64,000 nt of DNA, from contig OZ251549.1 in NCBI GenBank assembly GCA_965243415.1, positions 2,555,632 through 2,619,631 on the forward strand, written 5' to 3'. The stretch's first letter is position 1, and each line of letters opens with the position of its first letter. Below the pieces are notes generated by a model, which was not told the DNA's origin, searched no databases, and was given only the letters and a program-made list of their open reading frames with translations. The stretch comes from Candidatus Marinacidobacterium sp. Lineage in GTDB: Bacteria; Acidobacteriota; Vicinamibacteria; Marinacidobacterales; Marinacidobacteraceae. Shown here piece after piece: positions 8,741-19,603 of this stretch. Made by a program: the position numbers and the translations under genes.

Positions 8741-9151
8741 CTAGCGCGGGTCGGGGGCCGGGGACTCGGGCTCTGCGCCCGGCGCGGCCTCGCCGCCCTC
8801 CGGCTCGGGTTCGGCGGCGGGGGTCGTCTCGCCCGCTTCCTCGGCCTCGTCCGGGGCGGGGGTGGTCGCGGCGGGGAGGGGAACGCCGCCGGTCGCCTCG
8901 TCCACCACCGTCTGCTGGCCGGCTTCGGAGCCGATGTAGCCGAGCAGGAGCGAGGTCACCATGAAGATCGCGGCGCAGACGGCGGTCACCCGGGTGAGCA
9001 GGGTGGCGGTGCCGCGCGCGCCGAAGGCCGCCTGGGTGCCGGCGCCGCCGAAGGCGCTGGCGAGGTCCTGTCCCTTCCCCTGCTGGGTCAGCACCACCAG
9101 GATGAGGAAGACGCAGACCAGGACATGGAAGACGGTCAGGAGGATGGTCAT
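8741..9151 (-). CDS. secG: preprotein translocase subunit SecG
   Basis: MTILLTVFHVLVCVFLILVVLTQQGKGQDLASAFGGAGTQAAFGARG matches the SecG signature (hydrophobic helix, QxGKG, AFGGG), followed by an acidic Pro-rich tail. ATG verified at 9151. Confidence 0.85.
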   Translation of the reverse strand: MTILLTVFHVLVCVFLILVVLTQQGKGQDLASAFGGAGTQAAFGARGTATLLTRVTAVCAAIFMVTSLLLGYIGSEAGQQTVVDEATGGVPLPAATTPAPDEAEEAGETTPAAEPEPEGGEAAPGAEPESPAPDPR

Positions 9152-9221
9152 GGGTTCGGGGGCGGGGGATTCCCGGGCGGGAGGGATCGGGCGAGGCGGC
9201 GGGGGAAGGGATCGGCCGCGG

Positions 9222-10124
9222 TCACGCGCCGACCGCGGCGGCGCAGACGGCGAGGAAGGAATCGGCCGCGAGACTCGCGCCGCCGACGAGCAGGCCGTCC
9301 ACCTCGGGACTTTCGAGGAGCGCGGCGGCATTATCGCCGTTCACCGATCCCCCGTAAAGAATCCGGGTGGTGGCGGCGGCTTCGTCGTTCCACACCCGGG
9401 CGACCTCGGCGCGGAGGGCGCGGTGCATCGCGGCGGCGATCTCCGGGGTGGCGGTGCGCCCGGTGCCGATGGCCCAGACCGGTTCGTAGGCGAGGGTGAC
9501 GGCCGGGCGGTCCGCCTCCGGGATCGCCTCGAGGACGGCCCGCAGCTGGGCGCCGACCGCGTTTTCGGCGTCGCCGGCGTCGCGCTGCTCCCCGGTCTCG
9601 CCGACGCAGAGGACCGGGGCCAGGCCGGCGGCGAGGGCGGCTTCGGCCTTCTCCCGGACCTCGGCGTCGGTCTCGCCGAAGACCCGGCGGCGCTCCGAGT
9701 GGCCCACCAGGGTCAGCGAGCAGCCGCAGGCGGCCAGCATGGAAGCGGAGACGGCCCCGGTGAAGGCGCCGTCGGGCTTGGGGAACAGGTCCTGGGCCGC
9801 CAGGCCGATCGGGCTGCCGTGGAGGGCGTCCCGGACGGCGACGAGCGCCGGGAAGGCCGGGGCGATCGCCAGGTCGAGGGTCGGCGCCGCTTCCCCGTCG
9901 TCCGGCGTTTCCCCGGCGCGTTTCCCGGCTCTCCTGCCGGTGTTCCGTTCGGCGTTCCGGTCGGGAGGCAGGACCTCGCGGCGCGCCCGTCCGGCGATGA
10001 CGCGGGCCAGGCCCCCCGCTGCGGGCGGGGTCAGGTTCATCTTCCAGTTCGCGATGACGAACGGGGTGCGCGCGGTCGCCGCGTCTGCGGAGGGGGCCGG
10101 GGTGGAGTCCGGGGAGTCGGTCAT
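9222..10124 (-). CDS. tpiA: triosephosphate isomerase
   Basis: FVIANWKMN, GHSERR, LCVGET, AYEPVWAIGTG and ILYGGSV are TIM signatures. Start ATG verified at 10124. Contains a ~35-aa low-complexity insertion after the first strand. Confidence 0.9.
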   Translation of the reverse strand: MTDSPDSTPAPSADAATARTPFVIANWKMNLTPPAAGGLARVIAGRARREVLPPDRNAERNTGRRAGKRAGETPDDGEAAPTLDLAIAPAFPALVAVRDALHGSPIGLAAQDLFPKPDGAFTGAVSASMLAACGCSLTLVGHSERRRVFGETDAEVREKAEAALAAGLAPVLCVGETGEQRDAGDAENAVGAQLRAVLEAIPEADRPAVTLAYEPVWAIGTGRTATPEIAAAMHRALRAEVARVWNDEAAATTRILYGGSVNGDNAAALLESPEVDGLLVGGASLAADSFLAVCAAAVGA

Positions 10125-10213
10125 GGAGGTCGTCGGGGAGTCGGTGGGGGATCGGGTGGGGGGCGGGTTCCGGTCGGTTTCGCGCGGCCGCCGGCGGCGG
10201 CGTCTCGCGGGTC

Positions 10214-11449
10214 TCACGAGGGTTCCGGTTTCCTTTCGCCGCCGGACGCCGCCATCGGGAGCCAGGTCAGGGCTTCCACCCCGGGCAGGGGCTCGCCGGC
10301 GAGGAAGGCCAGCGAGGCGCCGCCGCCGGTGGAGAGGTGGCCGATGCGGTCGGCGACCCCGGCGCGGCGCACTGCGAGCAGCGAGTCGCCGCCGCCGACG
10401 ATGGTGACCGCGCCCCGGTCGGCGGCGTCGGCCACCGCCGCGGCGACCGCGTTCGTGCCGAGGGCGAAGCGGGGGTCTTCGGCGAGCCCCATCGGGCCGT
10501 TCCAGAGAACCGTAGCCGCGCCGGCGATCTCCGCGGCGTAGCGGGCGGCGGTCGCCGGACCGAGGTCGAACCCGGCCCGGTCGTCCGGCAGGCTGTCGGC
10601 GGGGAACACCGGCGGGGGATCCGCGGCGTCGGCGGGAGCCGCGCGCTGGTCTTCGGGGAGGGCCAGCCGGTCGGGATGGCGCCGCAGCAGCCGCTCGGCG
10701 TCGGGACGGCGCTCCGGTTCGACGAGCGACCGGCCGGTGGGGAGGCCCTTCGCGGCGAAGAAGGTGTAGGCCATCGCGCCGCCCACGAGCACCCGGTCGG
10801 CGCGGGCGAGCAGGGACTCGACGACGCCCAACTTGTCCGAGATCTTCGCGCCGCCGAGCACCGCCACGAAGGGCCGCCGCGGCGCGGTCAGGGCCCGGCC
10901 CAGCCAGCGGAGTTCCCGTTCCAGCAGCGGGCCGGCGGCGGCCCGGGGGAACCGGCGGGCGCAGGCGTCCACCGAGGCGTGGCGGCGGTGGGCGGCGCCG
11001 AAGGCATCGTTCGCGTACTCGTCCCCGAAAGCGGCCAGGGCGGCGGCGAACCGGGGGTCGTTCGCGGTCTCGCCGGGGTGGAAGCGGAGGTTCTCCAGGA
11101 CCAGCACTTCTCCCGGCGCGACTTCGGTGCGACGGCCTTCCGTCTCGTCGGCGCCGACCGGGCGGGGGCGGAACCGGACCGGGGCGTCGAGGAGTGCGCC
11201 CAGCCGCTCCGCCACCGGGCGAACGCTCAGCGCCGGGTCGGGAACGCCGCGCGGCCGGCCGAGGTGCGTCGCCAGGACCACCCCGGCGCCGGCCTCCCGG
11301 GCGGTCCGGATCGCCGGGAGCGCCGCCCGCAGGCGGAAGTCGTCGGCGACGACGCCGTGGTCGAGAGGCGCGTTCAGGTCGGCGCGGAGCAGCAGCCGTT
11401 TCCCCCGCAGGTCGAGGTCGGCGAGGCGCTGCCGGCGCTGCGGTTCCAC
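10214..11449 (-). CDS. pgk: phosphoglycerate kinase
   Basis: RADLNAPL, FGAAHR, GGAKISDK, GGGASLAFLAG and NGPMG are Pgk signatures. There is no in-frame ATG; GTG at 11449 is the proposed start (VEPQRRQRLADLDLRGKRLLLRADLN). Confidence 0.85.
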   Translation of the reverse strand: MEPQRRQRLADLDLRGKRLLLRADLNAPLDHGVVADDFRLRAALPAIRTAREAGAGVVLATHLGRPRGVPDPALSVRPVAERLGALLDAPVRFRPRPVGADETEGRRTEVAPGEVLVLENLRFHPGETANDPRFAAALAAFGDEYANDAFGAAHRRHASVDACARRFPRAAAGPLLERELRWLGRALTAPRRPFVAVLGGAKISDKLGVVESLLARADRVLVGGAMAYTFFAAKGLPTGRSLVEPERRPDAERLLRRHPDRLALPEDQRAAPADAADPPPVFPADSLPDDRAGFDLGPATAARYAAEIAGAATVLWNGPMGLAEDPRFALGTNAVAAAVADAADRGAVTIVGGGDSLLAVRRAGVADRIGHLSTGGGASLAFLAGEPLPGVEALTWLPMAASGGERKPEPS

Positions 11450-11692
11450 GGCGGCGCCGAACGATATGCGACCGGCGCTCCCCGGCGCGCCCTTCGGGGG
11501 CGGCCGCGCCCGGGGGACGGACGGGCCCTCCGCGGAGGGGTTCCACGGCGGCGCCGCCGCGGGCAGAGGGGAACCGGGGCGGCGCCGGGGGAAGGGGGAC
11601 GGGGCTCCGGGCCGTCTCGACGAGGCCGCCCGGCGGTCGCGGCCGCGCCCCGGCCGCCCGTCGTCGAGCCCGTCCGATCGGTGCTCCCGCTC

Positions 11693-13050
11693 CGGATCGA
11701 CCCGATATTGAGCCGACGGATCGACCCGATAAGTGGCGGGGCCGGCGCGGATCGACCCGATAATGAGCCGATGGCGGATCGACCCGATAATGAGCCGATA
11801 CGGATCGAGCCGACGGGAGCGGCGCAGGTGTGGATCGACCCGATAATGAGCCCGATGGCGGATCGACCCGATAGTGAGCCGGTGCGGATCGACCCGACAG
11901 GGGCAGACCGGTGCGGATCGACCCGATAGTGAGCCGATAGGGATTGAGCCGATGGGAGCGGGGCCGGTTCGGATCGACCCGATAGTGAGCCGGTACGGAT
12001 CGAGCCGATGGGAGCGGTGCGGTGCGGATCGACCCGATAGTGAGCCGACAGCGGATCGACCCGATAGCGGATCGAGCCGATAGGAACGGGGCCGGCGCGG
12101 ACCGAGCCGATAGCGGATCGACCCGATAAGGAGCGGTTCCGGCGCGGATCGACCCGATAGTGAGCCAGTGCGGATCGAGCCGAACAGCGGATCGACCCGA
12201 TACGAGCGTTGGACCGCTGCGGATCGACCCGATAGTGAGCCGATAGCGGATCGACCCGATGGGATCGAGCCGATATGGATCGACCCGATGGGAGCGGGCG
12301 CCGGTGCGGATCGACCCGATAAGGAGCGGTTCCGGCGCGGATCGACCCGATAGTGAGCCAGTGCGGATCGAGCCGAACAGCGGATCGACCCGATACGAGC
12401 GTGAACCGCTGCGGATCGACCCGATAATGAGCCGACAGCGGATCGACCCGATAGGAACGGGCAGGTGTGGATCGACCCGATAGTGAGCCCCGGTGCGGAT
12501 CGACCCGATAGTGAGCCGATGCGGATCGACACGATAGGAACGGGGCCGGCGCGGATCGACCCGATAGGAACCGGCCGGTGCGGATCGACCCGATAATGAG
12601 CCGATACGGATCGATCCGATGGGAGCGGGGCCGGTGCGGATCGACCCGATAGTGAGCCGACACGGATCGAGCCGATGGGAGCGGGGCGGCGTGGATCGAC
12701 CCGATAGTGAGCCGATGGCGGATCGAGCCGATAGGAACGGGGCCGGTGCGGATCGACCCGATAAGGAGCGGTTCCGGCGCGGATCGACCCGATAGTGAGC
12801 CAGTGCGGATCGAGCCGAACAGCGGATCGACCCGATACGAGCGTGAACCGCTGCGGATCGACCCGATAATGAGAGGTTCCGGTGTGGATCGACCCGATAG
12901 TGAGCCGATAGCGGATCGACCCGATGGGAGCGGGCCGGTGCGGATCGACCCGATTGGTGCGGGCAGGCGCGGATCGACCCGATAGGCGCGGGGGCTGGCG
13001 CGGATCGACCCGATAGTGAGCCGACACGGATCGAGCCGATGGGAGCGGGC
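11693..13050. repeat. minisatellite of about 45 copies of a 15-nt core CGGATCGACCCGATA (variant CGGATCGAGCCGA) with 6-17-nt semi-repeated spacers and higher-order repeats of ~120-150 bp
   Basis: Seen directly. Three long minus-strand ORFs cross it only because the minus strand lacks stops in all frames; the plus strand has TGA in most units. Confidence 0.9.
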
Positions 13051-13373
13051 CATGTCGATCGGCAACGAAAATGTCCCGCTTTCGAGCAACGAAAATTTCC
13101 CACTCCGGAGGAGGGCGGGCCGGGGGGATGGAAGGACGATCCGGGGGAGTTCTCGCCGAGGTCGGGGGGCGCGAACGGCGGTGCGGGCGGCGCCTCGGGG
13201 GCGAGCCCGGTGACCGGTGGAGGGTCGGTGCGGGCGGCGCCGGACTTCGGGCTCGACCCTCGGCGGCGGGAACTCCCTGCCGGGCTCCGGCGCGTCGGCC
13301 GGGCCGCGCGGAAGGGGCCGTTCCCCGGGTGCTGCCGGGACAGGGCGGGAGCGGTCGAGTCGCCCCGAAGTCA

Positions 13374-13440
13374 TCCCCGGGATCGACCCCGGGATCGACC
13401 CCGGGATCGCCCCCGAATTCGACCCCGAGATCACCCCCGG
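13374..13440. repeat. 12-nt tandem repeat (CCGGGATCGACC-like) x5
   Basis: cgggatcgaccccgggatcgaccccgggatcgcccccgaattcgaccccgagatcacccccgg. Confidence 0.7.
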
Positions 13441-13599
13441 CGTCCTCGCAGCGGCTTCCCGAGGTCGCCGGGAGGCGCCTCCGCGCCGCGGGCCGCCGGT
13501 AGCGGCGCCCGTCCGGCCCGACTCGCCGCCGGTCGCCCCCCCTTCGCGCAGCCGCCAGCCGGAAGGGAGGCCGCCCGGGCCGGTCGCCGGGTTGGTTAT

Positions 13600-13850
13600 C
13601 CTCCCGGCCTCCAACACACGGCTTCAGGTTTTCGGCTGTCGGGCCTTCCGGCGGACCGGACGAAGAGGGAACCGGGTGCGAATCCCGGACGGCCCACGCC
13701 ACTGTGATCGGAATGCCCGACCCGGGCCGCTCCGCTTCGGCGGGACGGCGCCCACTCCCGGCGGTCGCCGGGGGGAAGGGGGGAACGGCGGGAGGCCTGT
13801 CGCTGCCGCAGCGACGAGGCGTCCGTTCCGTGAGTCAGGAGACCTGCCCG
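13600..13850 (+). ncRNA. cobalamin (AdoCbl) riboswitch
   Basis: AAGAGGGAACCGGGTGCGAATCCCGGACGGCCCACGCCACTGTGA carries the B12-box core (GGGAA-C-GGTG-AA-TCC...GCC-CACGCCACTGT). Downstream are GGGAAGG and AGTCAGGAGACCTGCC 3' elements. It lies directly upstream of a TonB-dependent receptor and a cobalamin adenosyltransferase gene. Confidence 0.8.
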
Positions 13851-13895
13851 GAGCCCCGAACCGCGCGATCTCTTCGCTGGGAAGGATGGTTCTCC

Positions 13896-16424
13896 ATGCG
13901 ACAGCACCGCTTCGGTGCCTCCGGCCTCCGCCACCGACTTCCGGTGGGGCGACTTCGGGAAGGTCTCCCGGGCCTCACCCCGATCCCCACTCCGCTCCTC
14001 TTCGCCCTCGTGGCGCTCTCCCTCGCCGCCCCGCCCCCGGCGGCGGCCGGCCCCCGGGCAGCGGCCGGCCCGCCGTCGGCGCCCGCCGCCCTCCGCGCCT
14101 CCTCGCCGACCGCCGCCCCGACGACCCCGCTCGCCGTGGTCGTCCGCGGCGCCGACGGCCGCCCGGTCGCCGGGGCCCGGGTCTTCGCCGACTCGGTACT
14201 CGGCGACGCGCGCTCCGCCGCCCGCACCGACGCCGCCGGCGCCGCGGTGTTCGCGGACCTGCCTCCGGGCCGCTACCTCCTCTCCGCCGCCGCCCCCGCC
14301 GGGACCGCCGCCCCGGTCGAGGCCGACTCCTCGGCGCCCCTCGCCGGCCCCATCCCGCTGACCCTGCGGTTCGCCGGCCACCGGGAGGCGGTCGTCGTCT
14401 CGGCGGCGCTCGGCGCCCGGGCGGAACGCGAAGCGGGGGTCGCGGTGGACACCCTGACCGCCGCGGAACTGCGCGAACGCGGCGAGTGGGGCGTCGTCGA
14501 AGCCCTGCGCGGCGTCGCCGGGATCCTGGTGCGCCAGGATGGCGGGCCGGGGACGCTGGCCCGGGTCCAGGTGCGCGGGCTGCCCGGTTCAGCGACCGCG
14601 GTCGTCGTGGACGGCGCCCCGCTCCGGGACGCGGCCTCGATCACCGGCGGCAGTTCCTCGCTCCTGCCGGGGGTCGGCCTGCTCGGGGTGGACCGGGTGG
14701 AGATCCGGCGCGGCGGCGGTTCCACGCTCTACGGCACGAACGGGATGGGCGGCGTGCTGCAGATCGTCACCCGGGCCGGGAGCGGCGGCGATTCCCTCCG
14801 CGCCCGGGCCGAGGCGGGGACGAAGGGGCAGGCCGCGGGAGCCGCCGAATGGGGCGCCGGCGGGCCCCGGGGCGCGGTCTTCGCTTCGCTGGGCGAACGC
14901 CGGATCACCGCGGGCGCCGACGGCGATGATCCCTTCGAGAACACCACCGCCTCCCTCCGCGCCGGCCGGCGGCTCTCCCCGGGCCTCCGCCTCTCCGCCC
15001 GGGCCTTCTGGTCGGACGCCGAACTCGGGCTGAACGACAACCCCTTCCCGGTGGGCGGCCCGGCGACCGGAGTGGTCGAAGCCGCCGCGGTCCCGCTCGA
15101 GACCGTCCGCGCCCACGAGGGCGGCGCGGCGCTCGCGGACCTCGACCTGGGCGCGGCCACCTTCGTCCCGGCGACGAACGACCCGGACGCGAGGCAGCGG
15201 ACCCGGTTCCTGTCGGCGCTGGTCTCGCTCTCCGGGAATCCGACCTCCGCGCTCGCCTGGACGCTCCGCTACCACGACCTGACCACCCGCCGGGAGAACA
15301 CCGACGGGCCGGCCGGGGTGAACCCCTGGGATCCGGCGGCGCCGCAGACGATCACCTACGCCGCCGGGATCCGCACCGGGTCGGCCCGGGTCGAGTTCGG
15401 GGGCGGCCGGCACCGGCTGCTGCTGGGGGCGGAGGCCGAGTGGGAGCGCGCCGAGACCCTCGACCCGGCGTTCTCCACCCGGCTGGGGCAGTCCGGGCTC
15501 GCCGCCGTCGTCCAGGAGGAACTGCGCGCCGCCGAGGGCCGCGCCTCGCTCCGCGGCGCCGTCCGCTTCCACCGCTTCGAGACCCGGGCGCCGGAACTCG
15601 AACCGGCGGCGGGCGGTCCGTACGCCGGGACCCTGCCGCCCCCGGGCGCGAGCGCGGTCACCGCGGACCTCTCCGGGACCGCGGCGCTCGGCGGCGGCCT
15701 GCGCCTCAGCGCCTCCTGGGGCCGGGGTTTCCGCGCGCCCTCCCTCTACGAGCGGTTCGGGACCTTCTACTCGACCTTCGGCTACTCGGTCTTCGGCGAC
15801 CCGCGCCTCGAACCGGAGTTCACCTCCGCCGCCGACTTCGGGCTCGACTGGGAATCGGCGGACGGCGGGGTCCGGTTCCGGGCGGCGGCGTTCCGCTCCC
15901 GGAGGCCGCAGGTGATCGCCTTCGGCTCCTTCGACGCCGCTGCCGACCCCTTCGGGAGGTTCGGCGGTTACGAGAACACCGCCGCCGGCGGCGCCCGGGG
16001 CGGGGAGACCGACCTGGCGCTCGCCCCCGGCGCCCGGACCCGCGCCCGGTTCCAGTACACCTTCACCGACGCCGACGCCCCGGACAACGCCCCCGCCGCG
16101 TTGCCCGCGGCCTGGCTGCTCCCCCGCCACCAGGGGGCGGCGCTGCTCTCCGGCCGGGTGACCGACCGCTTCGGCTGGGCCGCGGACCTGCTGCTGTCCT
16201 CCGCGATGCACGCGCCGCTCTACGACCCGAACACCTTCTCCACCCGGGTGTTCCGCTTCGCCGGCCTCCGCCGGCTGGACCTGGCCGCCTCGCTCGAGAT
16301 CGGGCGCGGGCTCCGCCTGCGGTTCGTGGTCGAGGACGCGTTCGACGACGCCGCCTTCCAGAGCGGCGGCTTCCGGCCGCTGGGGCGGGCCCTCCGGGCG
16401 AACCTGGAGTGGAGCGGACGCTGA
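13896..16424 (+). CDS. TonB-dependent receptor (BtuB-like cobalamin/corrinoid transporter) with N-terminal CarboxypepD_reg-like domain
   Basis: Start at MRQHRFGAS with SD GGAAGGA and a signal peptide LLFALVALSLAAPPPAAA. Carries a plug domain (VDTLTAAELRERG...VQVRGLPGS...VVVDGAPL) and a C-terminal beta-barrel. The ORF-track start 13704 would overlap the riboswitch. Confidence 0.85.
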   Translation: MRQHRFGASGLRHRLPVGRLREGLPGLTPIPTPLLFALVALSLAAPPPAAAGPRAAAGPPSAPAALRASSPTAAPTTPLAVVVRGADGRPVAGARVFADSVLGDARSAARTDAAGAAVFADLPPGRYLLSAAAPAGTAAPVEADSSAPLAGPIPLTLRFAGHREAVVVSAALGARAEREAGVAVDTLTAAELRERGEWGVVEALRGVAGILVRQDGGPGTLARVQVRGLPGSATAVVVDGAPLRDAASITGGSSSLLPGVGLLGVDRVEIRRGGGSTLYGTNGMGGVLQIVTRAGSGGDSLRARAEAGTKGQAAGAAEWGAGGPRGAVFASLGERRITAGADGDDPFENTTASLRAGRRLSPGLRLSARAFWSDAELGLNDNPFPVGGPATGVVEAAAVPLETVRAHEGGAALADLDLGAATFVPATNDPDARQRTRFLSALVSLSGNPTSALAWTLRYHDLTTRRENTDGPAGVNPWDPAAPQTITYAAGIRTGSARVEFGGGRHRLLLGAEAEWERAETLDPAFSTRLGQSGLAAVVQEELRAAEGRASLRGAVRFHRFETRAPELEPAAGGPYAGTLPPPGASAVTADLSGTAALGGGLRLSASWGRGFRAPSLYERFGTFYSTFGYSVFGDPRLEPEFTSAADFGLDWESADGGVRFRAAAFRSRRPQVIAFGSFDAAADPFGRFGGYENTAAGGARGGETDLALAPGARTRARFQYTFTDADAPDNAPAALPAAWLLPRHQGAALLSGRVTDRFGWAADLLLSSAMHAPLYDPNTFSTRVFRFAGLRRLDLAASLEIGRGLRLRFVVEDAFDDAAFQSGGFRPLGRALRANLEWSGR

Positions 16425-16443
16425 CCCCGGTGCGGACGCGGCG

Positions 16444-17019
16444 ATGAGCATCTCCACCACGCTCGGCGACGGCGGGCAGACCCAACTGGGCGACCGCCGG
16501 GTGGCCAAGACCTCCGCCGCCGTCGAGGCGCTGGGGGCGCTGGACGAGTTGGGGGCGGCGCTCGGGTTCGCCCGCTCGCTCGCCCGTTCCGAACCGATCC
16601 GCCGGCGGACCGAGGAGTTCCAGCGGGCGCTCTTCGAGGTCGCCGCCGTCATCGGCGCCCCGAAGTCGGCGGTCGGGGAGGCGCCTCCGGGAGTGGGCGC
16701 GGAGTTCGTCGCCGGCGTCACCGCCGAGGTCCGGGATCTCGAGGGCCGGGAGGGGATGCTGAGCGACTGGGCGCTCCCCGGCGGCCACGCCGGGGCGGCG
16801 GCGTTCGACCTGGCGCGCACCGCCTGCCGCCGCGCCGAACGGGCGCTGTTCCGGCTGCGGGAGAGCGGGACGGAAACGCCGCCGGCGCCGGAGTCCCTCG
16901 CCTTCCTGAACCGGCTGTCGGACCTCCTCTGGCTCTACGGCCGGGTCCTGGAACGCGAGTCCGGGGTGGACGGCGCGCTCCGCCGCCGGGAAGGTCCTCC
17001 CGCCTCCGAACCGGCCTGA
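16444..17019 (+). CDS. ATP:cob(I)alamin adenosyltransferase, PduO type
   Basis: MSISTTLGDGGQTQLGDRRVAKTSAAVEALGALDELGAALGFAR is the PduO-type N-terminus (T-x-GD-G-x-T-x-L). It lies downstream of the riboswitch-controlled receptor. Confidence 0.85.
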   Translation: MSISTTLGDGGQTQLGDRRVAKTSAAVEALGALDELGAALGFARSLARSEPIRRRTEEFQRALFEVAAVIGAPKSAVGEAPPGVGAEFVAGVTAEVRDLEGREGMLSDWALPGGHAGAAAFDLARTACRRAERALFRLRESGTETPPAPESLAFLNRLSDLLWLYGRVLERESGVDGALRRREGPPASEPA

Positions 17020-17548
17020 TCCCCGGGGCCGGGCGCCGGCGGTCGGGGGGAACGCCGGGCGGCGGCCGGCGACTCGGCGCGCGCCGGCCGAGCGCTTCCA
17101 TCGCTTCCGGGACCGCGGGGCCGGCGCCGCTCCGTCGCCGGGGACCCCCGGTTCCCCTCGAACCGGGTTCCCGGCACTCTTCCGCCGCCGCGACGGGGCG
17201 CCGGAACGCCGGGTCGGAGGGGACCGCGCTCCCTGCCGCCCGGCCGATCCTCCCGAATCCGGCCTCTCCCCGACTCGGCGCCGGGCCGCTCGCCGGGGGG
17301 AGGCGCCCCCGGACCGGTTCCCCCGGCCCGGCGGACCGCCGCCCGGCGCCCGTTCCTTTCGGCCGGCGCTTCGCCGGCGGCCGCGACGGGAGTCCGTTCC
17401 GCGCCGGTTCCGCTCCGCCGCCGGGGCCGGGCCCCGGGGAGCCGGTCGCCCTCCCTCGGCTCTGCGGCCCGGCGGCGCCGCCGCGATCCCGGCGGGGAAG
17501 GGGGGGGCGCAGACTCCCCGGGCGACCCGCCGAACGCCCCGGCGCAGT

Positions 17549-18862
<1,314 letters not shown>

Positions 18863-18883
18863 TCAGGAGCACTACCCACCACC

Positions 18884-19492
18884 ATGACGAACCTCACCGT
18901 CTTCCACCCCACCCCGACCCTGCGCCGGTTCTTCCGCGAGGGCTTCCCCGGCGACGCGCTCTTCGGGACGCTCTTCGGCGAGCCCTCCCCCGAGGCCGGC
19001 GCCGAGCCCTCCCCCGAGCCCTCTCCCGAAGCCCGCCCCCGCTGGAGCCCGCGGGTGGATGTCCGCGACCGGGGGCCCGAAGTCGTCATCGAGGCCGACC
19101 TGCCCGGCGTCCGCCGGGAGGATCTCTCGATCCGCTTCGACTCCGGCGCGCTCATCGTCGAGGGCCACCGCGACCGGGCGACCGACGCCGCGCCGCTCGT
19201 CGAGAACGCCGACGCCACCCCGGAGGCCGACGCCGACGCCTCCGCCGACGCCACCCCGGAGGCCGACGCCGACGCCACCGCAACCGACGCCGAGCCGTCC
19301 CCGACCGGGAACGGCCGGACCGTCTGGTCGCGCCGCGAGCGGGTCACCGGCCGGTTCCGCCGCGCCTTCCGCCTCCCGGAGACCGTGGATGTCTCCCGCA
19401 TCCGCGCGGAGTCCCGGGACGGGGTGCTCACCATCACCCTGCCGAAACTGGAGCAGGCGCTCCCGCGCCGGATCGAGGTCGCGGTCCACTGA
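18884..19492 (+). CDS. Hsp20/alpha-crystallin family small heat-shock protein
   Basis: The alpha-crystallin domain runs from WSPRVDVRDRGPEVVIEADLPGVRREDLSIRFDSGALIVEG to SRDGVLTITLPK. Between them sits an acidic low-complexity insert (DATPEADADASADATPEADADATATDAEPSP). Confidence 0.85.
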   Translation: MTNLTVFHPTPTLRRFFREGFPGDALFGTLFGEPSPEAGAEPSPEPSPEARPRWSPRVDVRDRGPEVVIEADLPGVRREDLSIRFDSGALIVEGHRDRATDAAPLVENADATPEADADASADATPEADADATATDAEPSPTGNGRTVWSRRERVTGRFRRAFRLPETVDVSRIRAESRDGVLTITLPKLEQALPRRIEVAVH

Positions 19493-19544
19493 CCGGACTT
19501 CCCGGGGGGGAGGCCTGATCCTCCTCCCCGCTCCTTCCTCTCCA

Positions 19545-19603
19545 CTCCCTCTCACCTCCCTCTTCTCATCTCCCTCTTCTCATCTCCCTCTTCTCATCTC
19601 CCT
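19545..19603. repeat. CT-rich 14-nt tandem repeat (CTCCCTCTTCTCAT) x3-4 immediately after the hsp20 stop
   Basis: ctccctcttctcatctccctcttctcatctccctcttctcatctccctg. Confidence 0.7.

Noticed and set aside
5387-8964. Multiple 200-370-aa plus-strand ORFs across the antitoxin-module array
   Set aside because: Arg/Gly/Ser-rich antisense frames. The minus-strand modules have conserved protein sequence and start contexts.
9222-13702. Three overlapping minus-strand ORFs of 747-1293 aa running through 11.4-13.7 kb, and a possible CRISPR array
   Set aside because: They are open only because the 15-nt repeat has no minus-strand stop codons in any frame. Translations are pure repeats (IGSIRTG/YRVDP). 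The real genes are the tpiA and pgk portions at their 3' ends. CRISPR is rejected because spacers are 6-17 nt and themselves repetitive, and no cas genes are present.
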